Source: the human T2T-CHM13v2.0 reference genome, Homo sapiens
Strand: one strand, 5' to 3'
NCBI RefSeq assembly: GCF_009914755.1
Contig: NC_060947.1
Length of the DNA: 64,000 nt
Shown: in pieces, positions 31,729-49,683 of the stretch
Layout: each line of letters starts with the position of its first letter
Numbering within the stretch: position 1 is the stretch's first letter
Program-made: the position numbers and the translations under genes
The notes under the pieces: model-generated
Told to the model about the DNA's origin: nothing
The model's database searches: none
Seen by the model: only the letters and a program-made list of their open reading frames with translations

Positions 31729-34700
31729 AGGGGACCGGGCTCAAATGCCCCCAAGGAGTCCATGGTCAGAATGACAGTGGGGGGCAAGGATATTAAGTTT
31801 CTGGTCGATACTGAGCACTCAGTGGTAACCATCCTGGTCGCCCCTTTATCCAAGAAAACTATTGATATCTTTGGAGCAACAGGAGTCTCCACCAAGCAGG
31901 CTTTCTGTCTGCTGCGAACCTGCTCAGTGGGAGGACATAAAATAATTAACCAGTTTCTGTATATGCCTGATTGCCCCTTGCCTTTGCTGAGAAGAGACTT
32001 GTTTAGTAAGCTAACAACCACTATTTCCTTTACAAAGAGGAGTTCTTTACAGCTAGAGTTGCCGGAAACAGGAGTTGACATCCCCTTTACTGTCCCCCAA
32101 GAAGAAAAATGGAGGCTTTTTCTAACTGAACCAGGCAAGGAAATAGGGCTGGCTTTAGCTCAACGGTGGCTAAAAGTCTGGGCAGAAAACAATACTCCCG
32201 GACTGGCAATCAATCAAGCCCCAGTATTCATAGAAGTTAAGCCAGGGGCCCATCCAGTCAGACAGAAGCAGTATCCAGTCCCTAGAAAAGCTCTGGAAGG
32301 TATCCAGGTCCATCTCAAGTGCCTAAAGACTTTTAAAATTATAGTGCCTTGTCAGTCTCCATGGAACACCCTCCTCCTGCCTGTCCTAAGCCAGGGATTA
32401 AGAATTACCGGCCAGTACAGAACATGTGCTTGGTCAACCAAGCCACAGTGACTCTGCATCCAGCAGTTCCTAACCTTTACACATTGGTAGGGTTGCTGCC
32501 AGCTGAGGACAGCTGGTTTACCTGCCTGGACTTAAAAGATGCCTTTTTAGCATCTGACTAGCTCCTGAGAGCCAGAAGTTGTTTGCCTTTCAATGGGAAG
32601 ATCTGGGGTCAGGTGTCATTACTCAGTACACTTGGACCTGGCTTCCCCAGGGATTCAAGAACTCCCCCACAATCTTCAGGAAAGCATTGGCTCGAGACCA
32701 TCAAAAGCTTCCTGCTAAAGACCTAGGCTACGTCTAGCTCCAGTATGTTGGGGACCTTCTGCTGGGACACCCCATGGCAGCCAGGTGCACAAAATAAATG
32801 GATGCCCTGCTTCAGCACCTGGAGGACTGTGGGTATAAGGTGTCCAAGAAGAAGGCCCAGATCTGCAGACAGCAGGTATGCTACCTGGGTTTCACTATTT
32901 GACAGGGGGAGCACAGCCTAGGGCCAGAAAGAAAGCAGGTTATCTGCAGCCTACCAGAGCCCAAAACTAGAAGACAGGTAAGGGAATTCTTGGGGGCTAT
33001 AGGGTTCTGCACACTATGGATCTCCAACTTTGCAGTACTGGCCAAACCTCTATACCAAGTTACAAAGCGGGGGGACACAGAGACTTTTGAATGGGGGACA
33101 CAGCAGCAGCAAGCCTTCCATAAGTTAAATAAAAAGTTTTTGTCGGCCCCAGCATTAGGGCTACCTGATCTAACAAAACCTTTCACACTGTATGTATCGA
33201 AAAAAAGAAAATGGCAGAAAATTAGCTCAGACTGTAGGGCCCTGGCCAAGGCCAGTGGCCTATCCCTTAAAACAACTAGGTGGGGTTTCCAAAGGCTGGC
33301 CGCCATGTCTATGGGCCTTGGCAGCAACTGCTGTGTTAGCACGAGAGGCAGATAAACTAACACTAGGACAAAACCTGAACATAAAGGCCCCTCATACTGT
33401 AGTAACCTTAATAAACACCAAGGGACATCACTGGCTAACAAATGCAAGATTGACTAAGTACCGAAGCTTGCTCTGTGAAAATCCCCACATAACCATTAAA
33501 GTTTGTAACACCCTGAATCCAGCCACCTTGATCCCAGCACCAGAAAGCTCTGTTGAGCATAACTGTATAAAAGTGTTAGACTCGGTTTATTCTAGCAGAC
33601 CTGATCTCCAGGACCAGCCGTGGACATTGGCAGACTGGGAGTTATATGTGAACAGGAACAGCTACATAAACCCACAAGAAAAAAGGCAAGCAGCGTATGC
33701 ACTGGTAACCCTGGACACGGTCATTGAAGCCAGGCCTCTGCCTCAAGGCACCTCAGCCCAAAAAGCTGAGCTCATTGCTCTAATCTGAGCTTTAGAGCTC
33801 AGTAAAGATAACACTGTGAACATTTACACTGACTCACGATACACCTTCCTAACCCTCCAAGTGCATGGAGCACTCTACAAAGAAAATGGTTTATTAAACT
33901 CTGAGGAAAAGGGCATAGAGTATCAACAAGAAATTTTACAACTATTAGAGACAGCATAAAAACCCCAGAGGGTGACAGTCATACACTGCAGAGGACACCA
34001 GCGATCCTCCAACACGGTCACTTTAGGAAATTCCCAAGCTGACTCAAAGACTAAGAAAGCAGCATCCACTCTTTACCGGGCATCAATTACAGCCCTCTTA
34101 CTCCCTCAAGTACCTGACCTAGTTTCTACTTATTCCAGGGGAGAAAAAGCCTTTTTCCATGCAGAAGGGCGACTAAAAATAAAAGAGGGATGGATCAGGT
34201 TACCAGATGGGAAGGTGGCTGTGCCACAGATGCTGGGAGCTGCAGTTGTGCTGGCTGTTCATGACACCACTCATTTAGGTCAAGAGTCGCTTGAAAAGTT
34301 GTTAGGCTGGTACTTCTACATCTCACACTTGCCAGACCTTGCCAAAGTGGTAACGCAACTGTGTGTTTCCTGCTGACAACATAATGCGAGGCAAAGCCCC
34401 ACTGTTCTGCCTGGCACACAAGCCTATGGAGATGCCCCCTTCGAAGATCTTCAGGTAGACTTCACAGAAATGCCCAAATGTGGAGGTAAAAAGTATTTGT
34501 TGGTTCTTGTGTGTACTTACTCTGGGTAGGTAAAAGCTTATCCAACACAAACTAAAAAGGCTCGTGAAGTAACCCATGTGCTCCTTCGAGATCTCATTCC
34601 TAGGTTTGGACTACCCTTATGGATCGGCTTGGACAATGGGCCGGCGTTTGTGGCTGACTTGGTGCAGAAAACAGCAAAGATATTGGGGATCACATGGAAA

Positions 34701-35337
34701 CTGCATGCCACCTACTGACCACAGAGTTTCAGAAAGGTGAAGCAAATACGTCGGACTATCAAAAATAGTTCAGAAAAAATATGTCAGAAAACAGGATTAA
34801 AGTGGATACAGGCCCTCCCCTTGGTACTGTTCAAAATTAAATACACCCCTTCAAAGAAAACAGGATATTCTCCTTATAAAATATTATATCATAGGCCTCC
34901 TCCCATACCCCAGGGACTCCCAGGCACCCCCCTCCCCACTCCGAGAGTTAGGTGAAATTAAGTTACAGTGACAGCTATGGGCCTTAGAAAAAGTTACATA
35001 GACAATTTCAGCAGGGTAAATAAAAAGTGCCCCATCAGCTTATTCTCCCCAGTTCACCCTTTCTCTCCAGGTGATCGTGTGTGGATCAAGGACTGGAATA
35101 TAGCCCCTTTACAGCCGTGGTGTAAGGGACCCCAGACCATCATCCTAACCACTCCTACTGCCGTAAAGGTAGAGGGAATCCCAGCTTAGATCCATCAGAG
35201 CCGTGTAAAACCTGTGGCCGCTGAGACCTGGGAGACAAAACCGAGCCTGAACAATCCCTGCAAAGTAACTCTGAGGAGGACGACAAGACCTGCTCCAGTC
35301 ACACCCAGAAGCTGACTTGTCTACGTATGGCTGAAGC
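31729..35337 (+). pseudogene. pol: HERV-E pro-pol (PR, RT, RNase H, IN), disrupted
   Basis: FLVDTEHS (degenerate DTG), [24 protein letters not shown] (degenerate YVDD), TSAQKAELIAL, HDTTHLG...C..C integrase zinc finger, GPQTIIL. Confidence 0.9.
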
Positions 35338-37339
35338 ATGAGGAAACTCATCGTGGGACTCATTTTTCTAAAAATTTGGACTTGTATAATAAAATCCTCA
35401 ATTGATTTTCCTCAAATGGAAAATTGCTCCCAGTGCCTCCATCAAGTTACAGAGGTAGGGCAAAAAACTAAAACTATCTTTCTGTTCTATAGTTATTATA
35501 AATGCTTGGGAACCTTAAAAGGAACATGTTTGCATAACAACACTGAGTACAAATTGTGTAGCCCAGGAAATGAACAGCCAGAAGTGTGCTATAACCCCTC
35601 TGAGCCTCCCAAGACCACAGTTTTTAAAATAAGGTTAAGAACTGGTCCCTTCCTAAGAGATACAAGTAAAGTACTAACTAAAGTGAAAAAAGAGAAGTTC
35701 CCAAAAAGATTATTTTAAAGTTTGATGCTTGTGCAGTCATTACTAACAATAGGCTAAGAATGTGGATGTGGATCCCTCAATTGGAAAAAAAAAAAAAAGC
35801 TATACTTCAGAAAATAAGTATATATGTCATGAACTAAAAAATTGTGGATGTTGCTTCTACTGATCTTACGTCATTTGGGCTACTTGGAAAAAAAATGACA
35901 AAGACCCTGTCAGTCTCCAGAAAGGAAAAAGTAACTCTTCTTGCACTAGTCGAAATTACAACCCATTAGAACTGATAATTACTAACCCACCAGATCCCTG
36001 CTGAAAAACAGGAAAATATGTAACCCTAGGAATTGATGGGACCAGTCTTGATCCTGGAGTCCATATCTTAATACAAGGAGAAGTCCAAAAACGCTCTCCC
36101 CAACCAGTATTTCAAACTTTCTATGATGAACTAAATGTGCCGGTACCAGAAATTCCAGGAAAAACTAGGAATTTGTTTTTGCAATCAGCCAAGCATGTAG
36201 CTCAGTCTGTTAATGTCATTTCATGTAACGTTTGTAAAGGAACTGTGATGGGAGATCAGTGCCCATGGGAATCCTGAGAATTAATGCCTACAGACCCAGT
36301 TCCCAATGAATTCCTGGCTCAAAAGAATCATCTCGACAACTTCTGGGTCCTAAAAGCCTCAATTATTGGGCAGTATTACATAGCTAAAAAAGAAAAAAAT
36401 TACCCACCCTGTAGAATGTCTCAGCTGTCTTGGACAGAAGCTATATAATAGTACTACCAAAACAGCCATTTGGTGGAGTTCAAACTACACTAAAAAAAAA
36501 AAATCCATTTGGTAAATTTCCAAAGTTGCCAACCGTGTGGACCCACCTGGAATCCCATCGGGATTGGACGGCTCCCACTAGAGTATACTGGATATGTGGG
36601 CATAGAGCCTATGCTAAGCTGCCTGACCAATGGACAGGCAGTTGTGTTATTGGTACTACTAAATCATCTTTCTTCCTACTGCCCATAAAAAGAGATGAAC
36701 TTCTAGGCTTCCCTGTCTACACTTCCTGCGAAAGAAAAAACATAGCCATAGGTAATTTAAAAGACAATAAATGACCCCCTAAAAATTATACAGTACTAGG
36801 GTCCTGCTACTTGGACACAAGATGGCTCATGGTGATACCAGACCCCCATTTACATGCTCAACCAAATCATACGGATGCAAGTTGTCTTAAAAATCATCAT
36901 TAATAAAATCGGCCAACCCTTGACTTTACTGGCCCAACAAAAAACTCAGATAAAAAATGCTATCTACCAAAATAAATTGGCTCTTGATGACTTGCTGGCA
37001 GCTGAAGAAGGAGTCTGTAAAAAATTCAACCTTACTAATTGCTGCCTATACATAGATGATTAAGGGCAAGTAGTCAAAGACATAGTTAGAGACATAACAA
37101 AGCTGGCACATGTGCCCATGCAAGTGTGGCAAGGATTCAATCCTGGGACTATGTTTGAAAAACGGTTCCCAGCAATAAGAGAATTTAAAACTCTTATAAT
37201 AAAAATTATAGTAGTAATAAAAACCTGCCTACTACTACCTTGTTTGCTACCTGTACTCCTTCAAATGATAAAAAGCTCTGTTGCTACCTTAGTCCACCAA
37301 AATCCTTCAGCACAAGTATACTATATGAATCACTATTGA
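35338..37339 (+). pseudogene. env: HERV-E env (disrupted)
   Basis: Signal peptide MRKLIVGLIFLKIWTC, CSQC motif, ISD-like [12 protein letters not shown] followed by C-x7-CC, hydrophobic TM segment. Confidence 0.9.
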
Positions 37340-37418
37340 TCTGTCTTGCAGGAAAACATAGGTAGTAAAAATAAAAGTAAGAACTCCCACTATAGAGTGA
37401 GGTTCTCAAAGGGGGGGG

Positions 37419-37882
37419 AGAGTGAGGAGACCACTCCTCATATTGTCTTATACTTAATTTCTTGTTTACTGGAAAAGTAAAAGTTAAAAAAAATAGGCAG
37501 AAGTGAAAACCATAGTCAGACAACCAGGTGCCACATTTCGGGCCTGGTAGTTAAAATTCAACCCCTGACCTCACCGCTTGTGGTATCTATAGATTCCAAA
37601 CATTGTATGAAAAAGCATTATGAAACTCCCTGTTCTGTTCTGTTTCGTTCTGATTACTGGTGCTTGCAGCCCCCAGTCACATACCCCTCACTTGCTCAAT
37701 CGATCATGATCCCCCAACACACAGCCACTTTAGAGTAGTGAGCCCTTAAAAGGGACAGAAATTACTTATTCGAGGAGCATAGTTTCTAGGACGTAAGTCT
37801 GCCAATGCTCCCTTCTAAATAAAACTCTTTCCTTCCACAATCCAGTGTCTGAGGGATTTTGTCTATGATTCCTCCTGCTACA
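37419..37882 (+). promoter_or_regulatory. HERV-E 3' LTR
   Basis: Follows the G-rich PPT; ends ctgctaca; 464 bp. Confidence 0.92.
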
Positions 37883-37886
37883 ATAT

Positions 37887-38585
37887 GCAGCTGGTGAGAA
37901 TGTAAATTAGTTCAGCCACTATGGAAAGCACTTTCAAGATGTGTGAAAGCATGTAAAACTATGTAACAAACCTGCACATTCTGCACATGTATTCCAGAAC
38001 TTAAGTATAATGAAAAAAAAAAACGATGTGTGAAAGAACCTATACCACTACTGGGTATATACTCAAAGGAAAATGCATCATTCTACCAAAAAGACACATG
38101 CATTCATATGTTCATCACAACACTATTCACAATGGAAAAGACATGGAATCAACTTAGATGCCCATCAGTCGTGAATTGTGTAAGGAAAATGTGGGGCATA
38201 CACACCATGGAATACCACACAGTCATAAAAAATGAACAAAATGATACCTTTTGCAGCAACATGGATGCAGCTGAAAGCCATTATCCTAAGCAAATTAATG
38301 CAGGTAAAGAAAACCAAATTCTGCATGAGGTCATTTATAAGTGTTAGCTAAACATTGGGTGCACATGGATGTAATAATGGCAACAATAGGCAATGGGGAC
38401 TACTAGATGGAGGAGGGTGGGATAGCAGAATGGGCTGAAAAACTACTTATTGGGCACTATGCTCACTATATGGATGATGGGATCATTTATATGCCAAACC
38501 TCAGTGACATAAAATCTACCCATGTAACAAACCTGTACATGTACCCCTGAACCTAAAAGTCAAAATAGAAAGCAATAAAAAAATT
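37887..38585 (+). mobile_element. L1PA16-like host, final piece with 3'UTR
   Basis: ORF 38030-38347 is the L1 C-terminus; 3'UTR gaaaaactacttattgggcactatgctcac...cccctgaacctaaaa and A-tail. Confidence 0.8.
37950..38024 (+). mobile_element. 75-bp L1PA7-like 3'-end insertion
   Basis: tatgtaacaaacctgcacattctgcacatgtattccagaactt plus poly(A); 12-bp TSD gatgtgtgaaag 37938-37949 / 38025-38036. Confidence 0.85.
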
Positions 38586-38589
38586 AAAA

Positions 38590-38685
38590 ATGTCAAATGA
38601 AGATCAGAAAAAAGATGCAATTATATGTTCTCTATAAGGAACCCACTCTAAATATAAAGACATATACAATGTAAAAAAGTGAAGT
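38590..38685 (+). mobile_element. Ancient L1M continuation (ORF2 EN)
   Basis: attatatgttctctataaggaacccactctaaatataaagac follows the 1278-1811 fragment. Confidence 0.55.
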
Positions 38686-38689
38686 TGTT

Positions 38690-39990
38690 ATCCAGGGCCC
38701 TGGGAAATGAGCCACTCCACCTACCATGACTGGCACCCACAAACACCAACAGGAGGCCTGAGGAGAGGCCCACCCCAACTGCCACCACCAACACCAGTGA
38801 TCATGTATGTCATCTAGGGTCCTAGGGATTTACTTGCCCCACCCATTTCCCTGGTGCCCATGCACAACATTGAGGAGCCTGAGGACAGCCCTGTCCCACG
38901 TGGTGCTGCTGCTGGTGCTCACACATGTCCAGAGGCCTGGACCACCACCAACAAAGCCTATGTGTGCCATCCAGGGGATGAAGAACAGGCCCACCCTGCC
39001 CACCACCACCAATACTGGTGCCCACGTAAGTTGTCTAGTGAACTGAGGAAATATTCTCCTCATCAACTGCCACTCTCAAGGGGCCCAAGTGTACCATTTG
39101 GAGGCTTAGGTATTGATCTGCCCCACCGGTCATCACTGGCACCCATGCACACCTTCAGGGACCTAAGGACAGGCCCACTCTGCCTGCCACTGTCATTACT
39201 GGTACGCAAGGACTGGCCTGCCTAGTGTCTCCATCCACAGCAAAGCATTGCCACAGCCCCTAGTTGTTAAGCCACTGAGGAGCTCACAGACACCACTCAC
39301 ACTGTTTACAGCAGGAGAAATCCTATGGGGCCTATAATACTGTGCCCACCTTGGATCAAAACCAAAGTACTCTATGCAACTAACACTACAGCTATATCTA
39401 CAGGAAAAAGCCTCTCCCTACAAAAGCCAATCCAAAAACCTAGGAGAAGCAACTGTCACACCAAATACACAGATACCAACTTAAGAACATAAGAAACATG
39501 AGAAAACAAGGAAACATGGCATTTCTAAAGGAGCACAATAACTCTCAAGTAAAAGATCCAAAAAACATTTATAAAATGTCTGAAAGAAATTCAAAATAAT
39601 AATATTAAAGAAACTCAATGAGATATAAGAGAAAACAGATAAACTACACAAAGAAATAAGGAAAACAAATCAGGATTTGAATGAGAAATTCCACAAAGAG
39701 ATAGATGTAAAGAAACCAAAGAGAAATCATGGAAGTGAAGAAGTCAAAGAAAGAAATAAAAAATACAATTGAGGGCTTTCACAGTAGACTAGGTCATGCA
39801 GAAGAAATAATTTCTGAACATAACAGATCTTTTCAAATAACCCTATCAAACAAAAAATAAAAAATAATAAAAATAATGAAGAAATCCTATTTGAAAAATC
39901 AGACACCATAAAATGGCCAAATATTTGAATTATGGGAGTTCCAAAACAAAAAGAGCAAATGAAAATGAATTGTTTAATAAAATAATAACT
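38690..39990 (+). mobile_element. L1MA2-4-like host element: 5'UTR and ORF1 start
   Basis: Repetitive C-rich L1M-type 5'UTR followed by ORF1-like A-rich sequence; continues at 45909, 53970 and 60329. Confidence 0.7.
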
Positions 39991-45893
<5,903 letters not shown>

Positions 45894-46098
45894 AATAAAA
45901 TAATAACTAACAACTTCAAAGTCTTGCAAGAGATACAGATCTCCAGATACAGGAAGCTCAAAAATCCCCAAATAGATTAAACTTAAAAAATGTTTTCATC
46001 AAAGTACAATATATCCAAACTATCAAAAGTCAAAGACAAAGAGAGAATTCCAAAAAAATAAAAGAGAAAACCATCAGGTCACATATAATCCCCATCAG

Positions 46099-46392
46099 GG
46101 CCAGGCATGGTGGCTCATGCCTATAATCCCAGTACTTTAGGAGGCCAAGGCAGGCAGATCACTTGAGGTCTGGAGATCAAGACGAGCCTTGCCAAAATAG
46201 TGAAACCCCATCTCTACAAAAAGTGCAAAAATTAGCTTGGTTTGGTAGTGGGCACCTGTGATCCCAGCTACTCAGGAGGCTGAGGCAGAAGAATCACTTG
46301 AACCCAGGAGGCAGAGGTTGCAGTGAGCCAACATTGTGCCAGTGCACTCCAGGCTGCGCAAGAGAGTGAAACTCCATCCAAAAAAAAAAAAA
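46099..46392 (+). mobile_element. AluS (Sx/Sz-like)
   Basis: Dimeric Alu with poly(A); TSD aatccccatcag/aatcctcatcag. Confidence 0.92.
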
Positions 46393-47422
46393 GGAGAGAG
46401 AGAATCCTCATCAGACTAACTAGGTTTCTTTGCAGAAACCCTATAGGCCAGGGGATAATGGTATGGTATATTGAAAGTGCTAAAAGAAAAAAACTGCCAG
46501 CCAGGAATACATAGCAATGTTACCCTTCAATAATGTAGGAGAGATAAAGTCTTTCCCAGAAAAGCAAAAACTGAGGAAATTCATCAACATTAGGTTAATC
46601 CTACAAAAAATGCTTAAGGGAGGCCTACACCTAGAAGTGAAAGGATGCCATCTGCCACCGTTAAAATTCATTAAACTATAAAATTCATTGACAAAGCAGA
46701 TACAAACATAAGAAAGAGAAAGGAGTCAAATTTCATTACAAAGAAAACACCAAATTATAAGGTAACCAATAAAAGAGAAGAAAGGAACAAATGAAATAAT
46801 CAACTAAATTAAAAGAGTAAGTCCTCACCTATCAATAACACTTTGAATATAAATGATTTAAATTCTCCAATTTAAAGATATATACTAGCTGAATGAATTT
46901 CTTTTAGAAAGAGCAAATTTTATGCCTCCTACAAGGAACTCACTTTACATGTAAAGACACACATAGACTGAAAATGAAGCAATGGGGGAAAAAATTCCAT
47001 GCCAACAGAAACCAAAAGCATGAAGAAGTAGCTATAACTATATCAGGTAAAATAGACTTTAAGTTTTAAAAAACATAAAAAGAGACAAAGAAGATTACTA
47101 TATCATGATAAAGGGACCAATTATGCAAGAGGATACAACAACTGTAAATATATATGCACCCAATATCAGAGCACTCATGAATAAAAAGTAAATATTATTA
47201 GAGCTAAAGAGAGAAATAGACCCTAATACAGTAATAGTTGGGGATTTAAACACCCCACTTTCAGCATTGGACAGATCATCTACACAGAAAATCAATAAAG
47301 AAACATGATATTTCATCTGCAATATAGAACAAATGGACCTAACAGATATGTACAGAACATTTTGAAATTACATCAACTTCTTCTTAGACAACAATGGAAT
47401 AAAATTAGAAAAACAAGAGGGA

Positions 47423-47728
<306 letters not shown>

Positions 47729-47934
47729 AAAACAAGAGGAACTTTGGAAACTAAAAAATACATGAAAATTAAACAACATGTTCTTAAATGACCATTGGTT
47801 GAATGAAAAATTTAAGAAAATAAATTAAAAAATTTTTTGAAACAAGGAAAATAAAAATGCAACACACAAAAATCTACAGAATACAGCAAAAGTAGTGCTA
47901 AGAGGAAAGTTTATTGCAATAAGCACCTACATCA

Positions 47935-48241
<307 letters not shown>

Positions 48242-49683
48242 AAATGCCTGCATCAAAAAAGTAGACAAATTTCAAATAAAAAACAAAGATGTATATCAAA
48301 AAATTAGAAAAACAAGAACAAACTAAACCCAAAATTAGTAGAAAAAAATAATGAAGATCAGGGAAGAACTACAAGAAATGGAGACTATAAATCAATAAAA
48401 GGATCAATGAACTAAGCTGCTTTTTTGAAGAGATAAACAAAACAGATTAAAAATTAGATAGATTAACCAAGCAGAAAAAGACCCAAATAAATAAAATCAG
48501 AAATGAAAAAGGAGATATTACAGCTGATACCACAGAAATAGAATAAAAAAATCATTAGACTAATATAAACTATACACTAATAAGTCGGAGAACATAAAGA
48601 AAATGGATAAATTCTTAGACACACACAACTTACCAAGATTAATTCAGGAATAAATAGAAAACCAGAAAAAAACAATAATGAGTGATGGGATTGAATCAGG
48701 AATAAAAAGTCTTCCAAAAATCAAAAGGCTAGGCCTGGATGGCTTTACTACTAAATTTTACCAAACTTATGAAGGAGAATTAATATCAATTCTTCTCAAA
48801 CTATCCCAAAAAATTGAAAAAGAGAGATTTCTTCCTAACTCATTCCATAGGGTTATCATTATCATGATGTCAAAACAAACAAGGACACAACAACAGAAGG
48901 AAAACTGAAAACTGCAGGCCAATATCCCTGACGAACATCAATGCAAACATTCTCCACAAAATACTAGGAAAGGAAATTTACAACACATCAAAAATATAAT
49001 AGACAATGAGGAAGTGGGATTTATCTAAGAGATACAGGAATGGTTCAACATATACAAATCAATAAATATGATACATCACATTTACAGAATCAAGTACAAA
49101 AACGGAATGATAATCTCAATATACACAGAAATTTATTTGATAAAATTCAACATCACTTCATTATTAAAACTCTCAACAAATTAGGCATGGGAGGAATATA
49201 CCTCACATAACAAAGGCCATATATAACAAAGCCACCATCACATATAACATCATAATGAACGGGGGAAAAGCTGAAAGCCTTTTCTGAGAACTAAAATAAG
49301 ATAAGGATGCCACTCTCACTGCTCTTATTCAATACAGTACTACAAGTACTAGCCAGAGGAATCAGGCAAGAGAAAACAATGAAAAGCATTTAAATTGTTC
49401 CTCCTTGCAGATGACATGACCTTATATAGAGAAAAACCAAAAGACTCCACCAAAAAACCACTAGAAATAATAAACCAATTTGGTAACACTGCAAGAGACA
49501 AAATAAATATATAAAAATCAACAGCATTTATATACTAATAACAAAGTTGCTGAAAAAGAAATCAAGAAAGCAATCCCATTTACCATTGTTACAAAAGATA
49601 AGACACCTAGGAATAAATTCAACCAAGGAAGTGAAAGACCTTTACAATAAAAACTACAAAACATTTATAAAAGAAATTATAGA

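Larger units (their letters stand above)
28866..37882 (+). mobile_element. Full-length HERV-E provirus (defective)
   Basis: Two 464-bp LTRs, tRNA-Glu PBS, gag-pro-pol-env remnants, PPT at about 37408-37418, 4-bp TSD ATAT 28862-28865 / 37883-37886. Confidence 0.95.

Noticed and set aside
35338-37339. Domesticated env (syncytin-like)
   Set aside because: Broken into short ORFs by stops and frameshifts, with degenerate ISD
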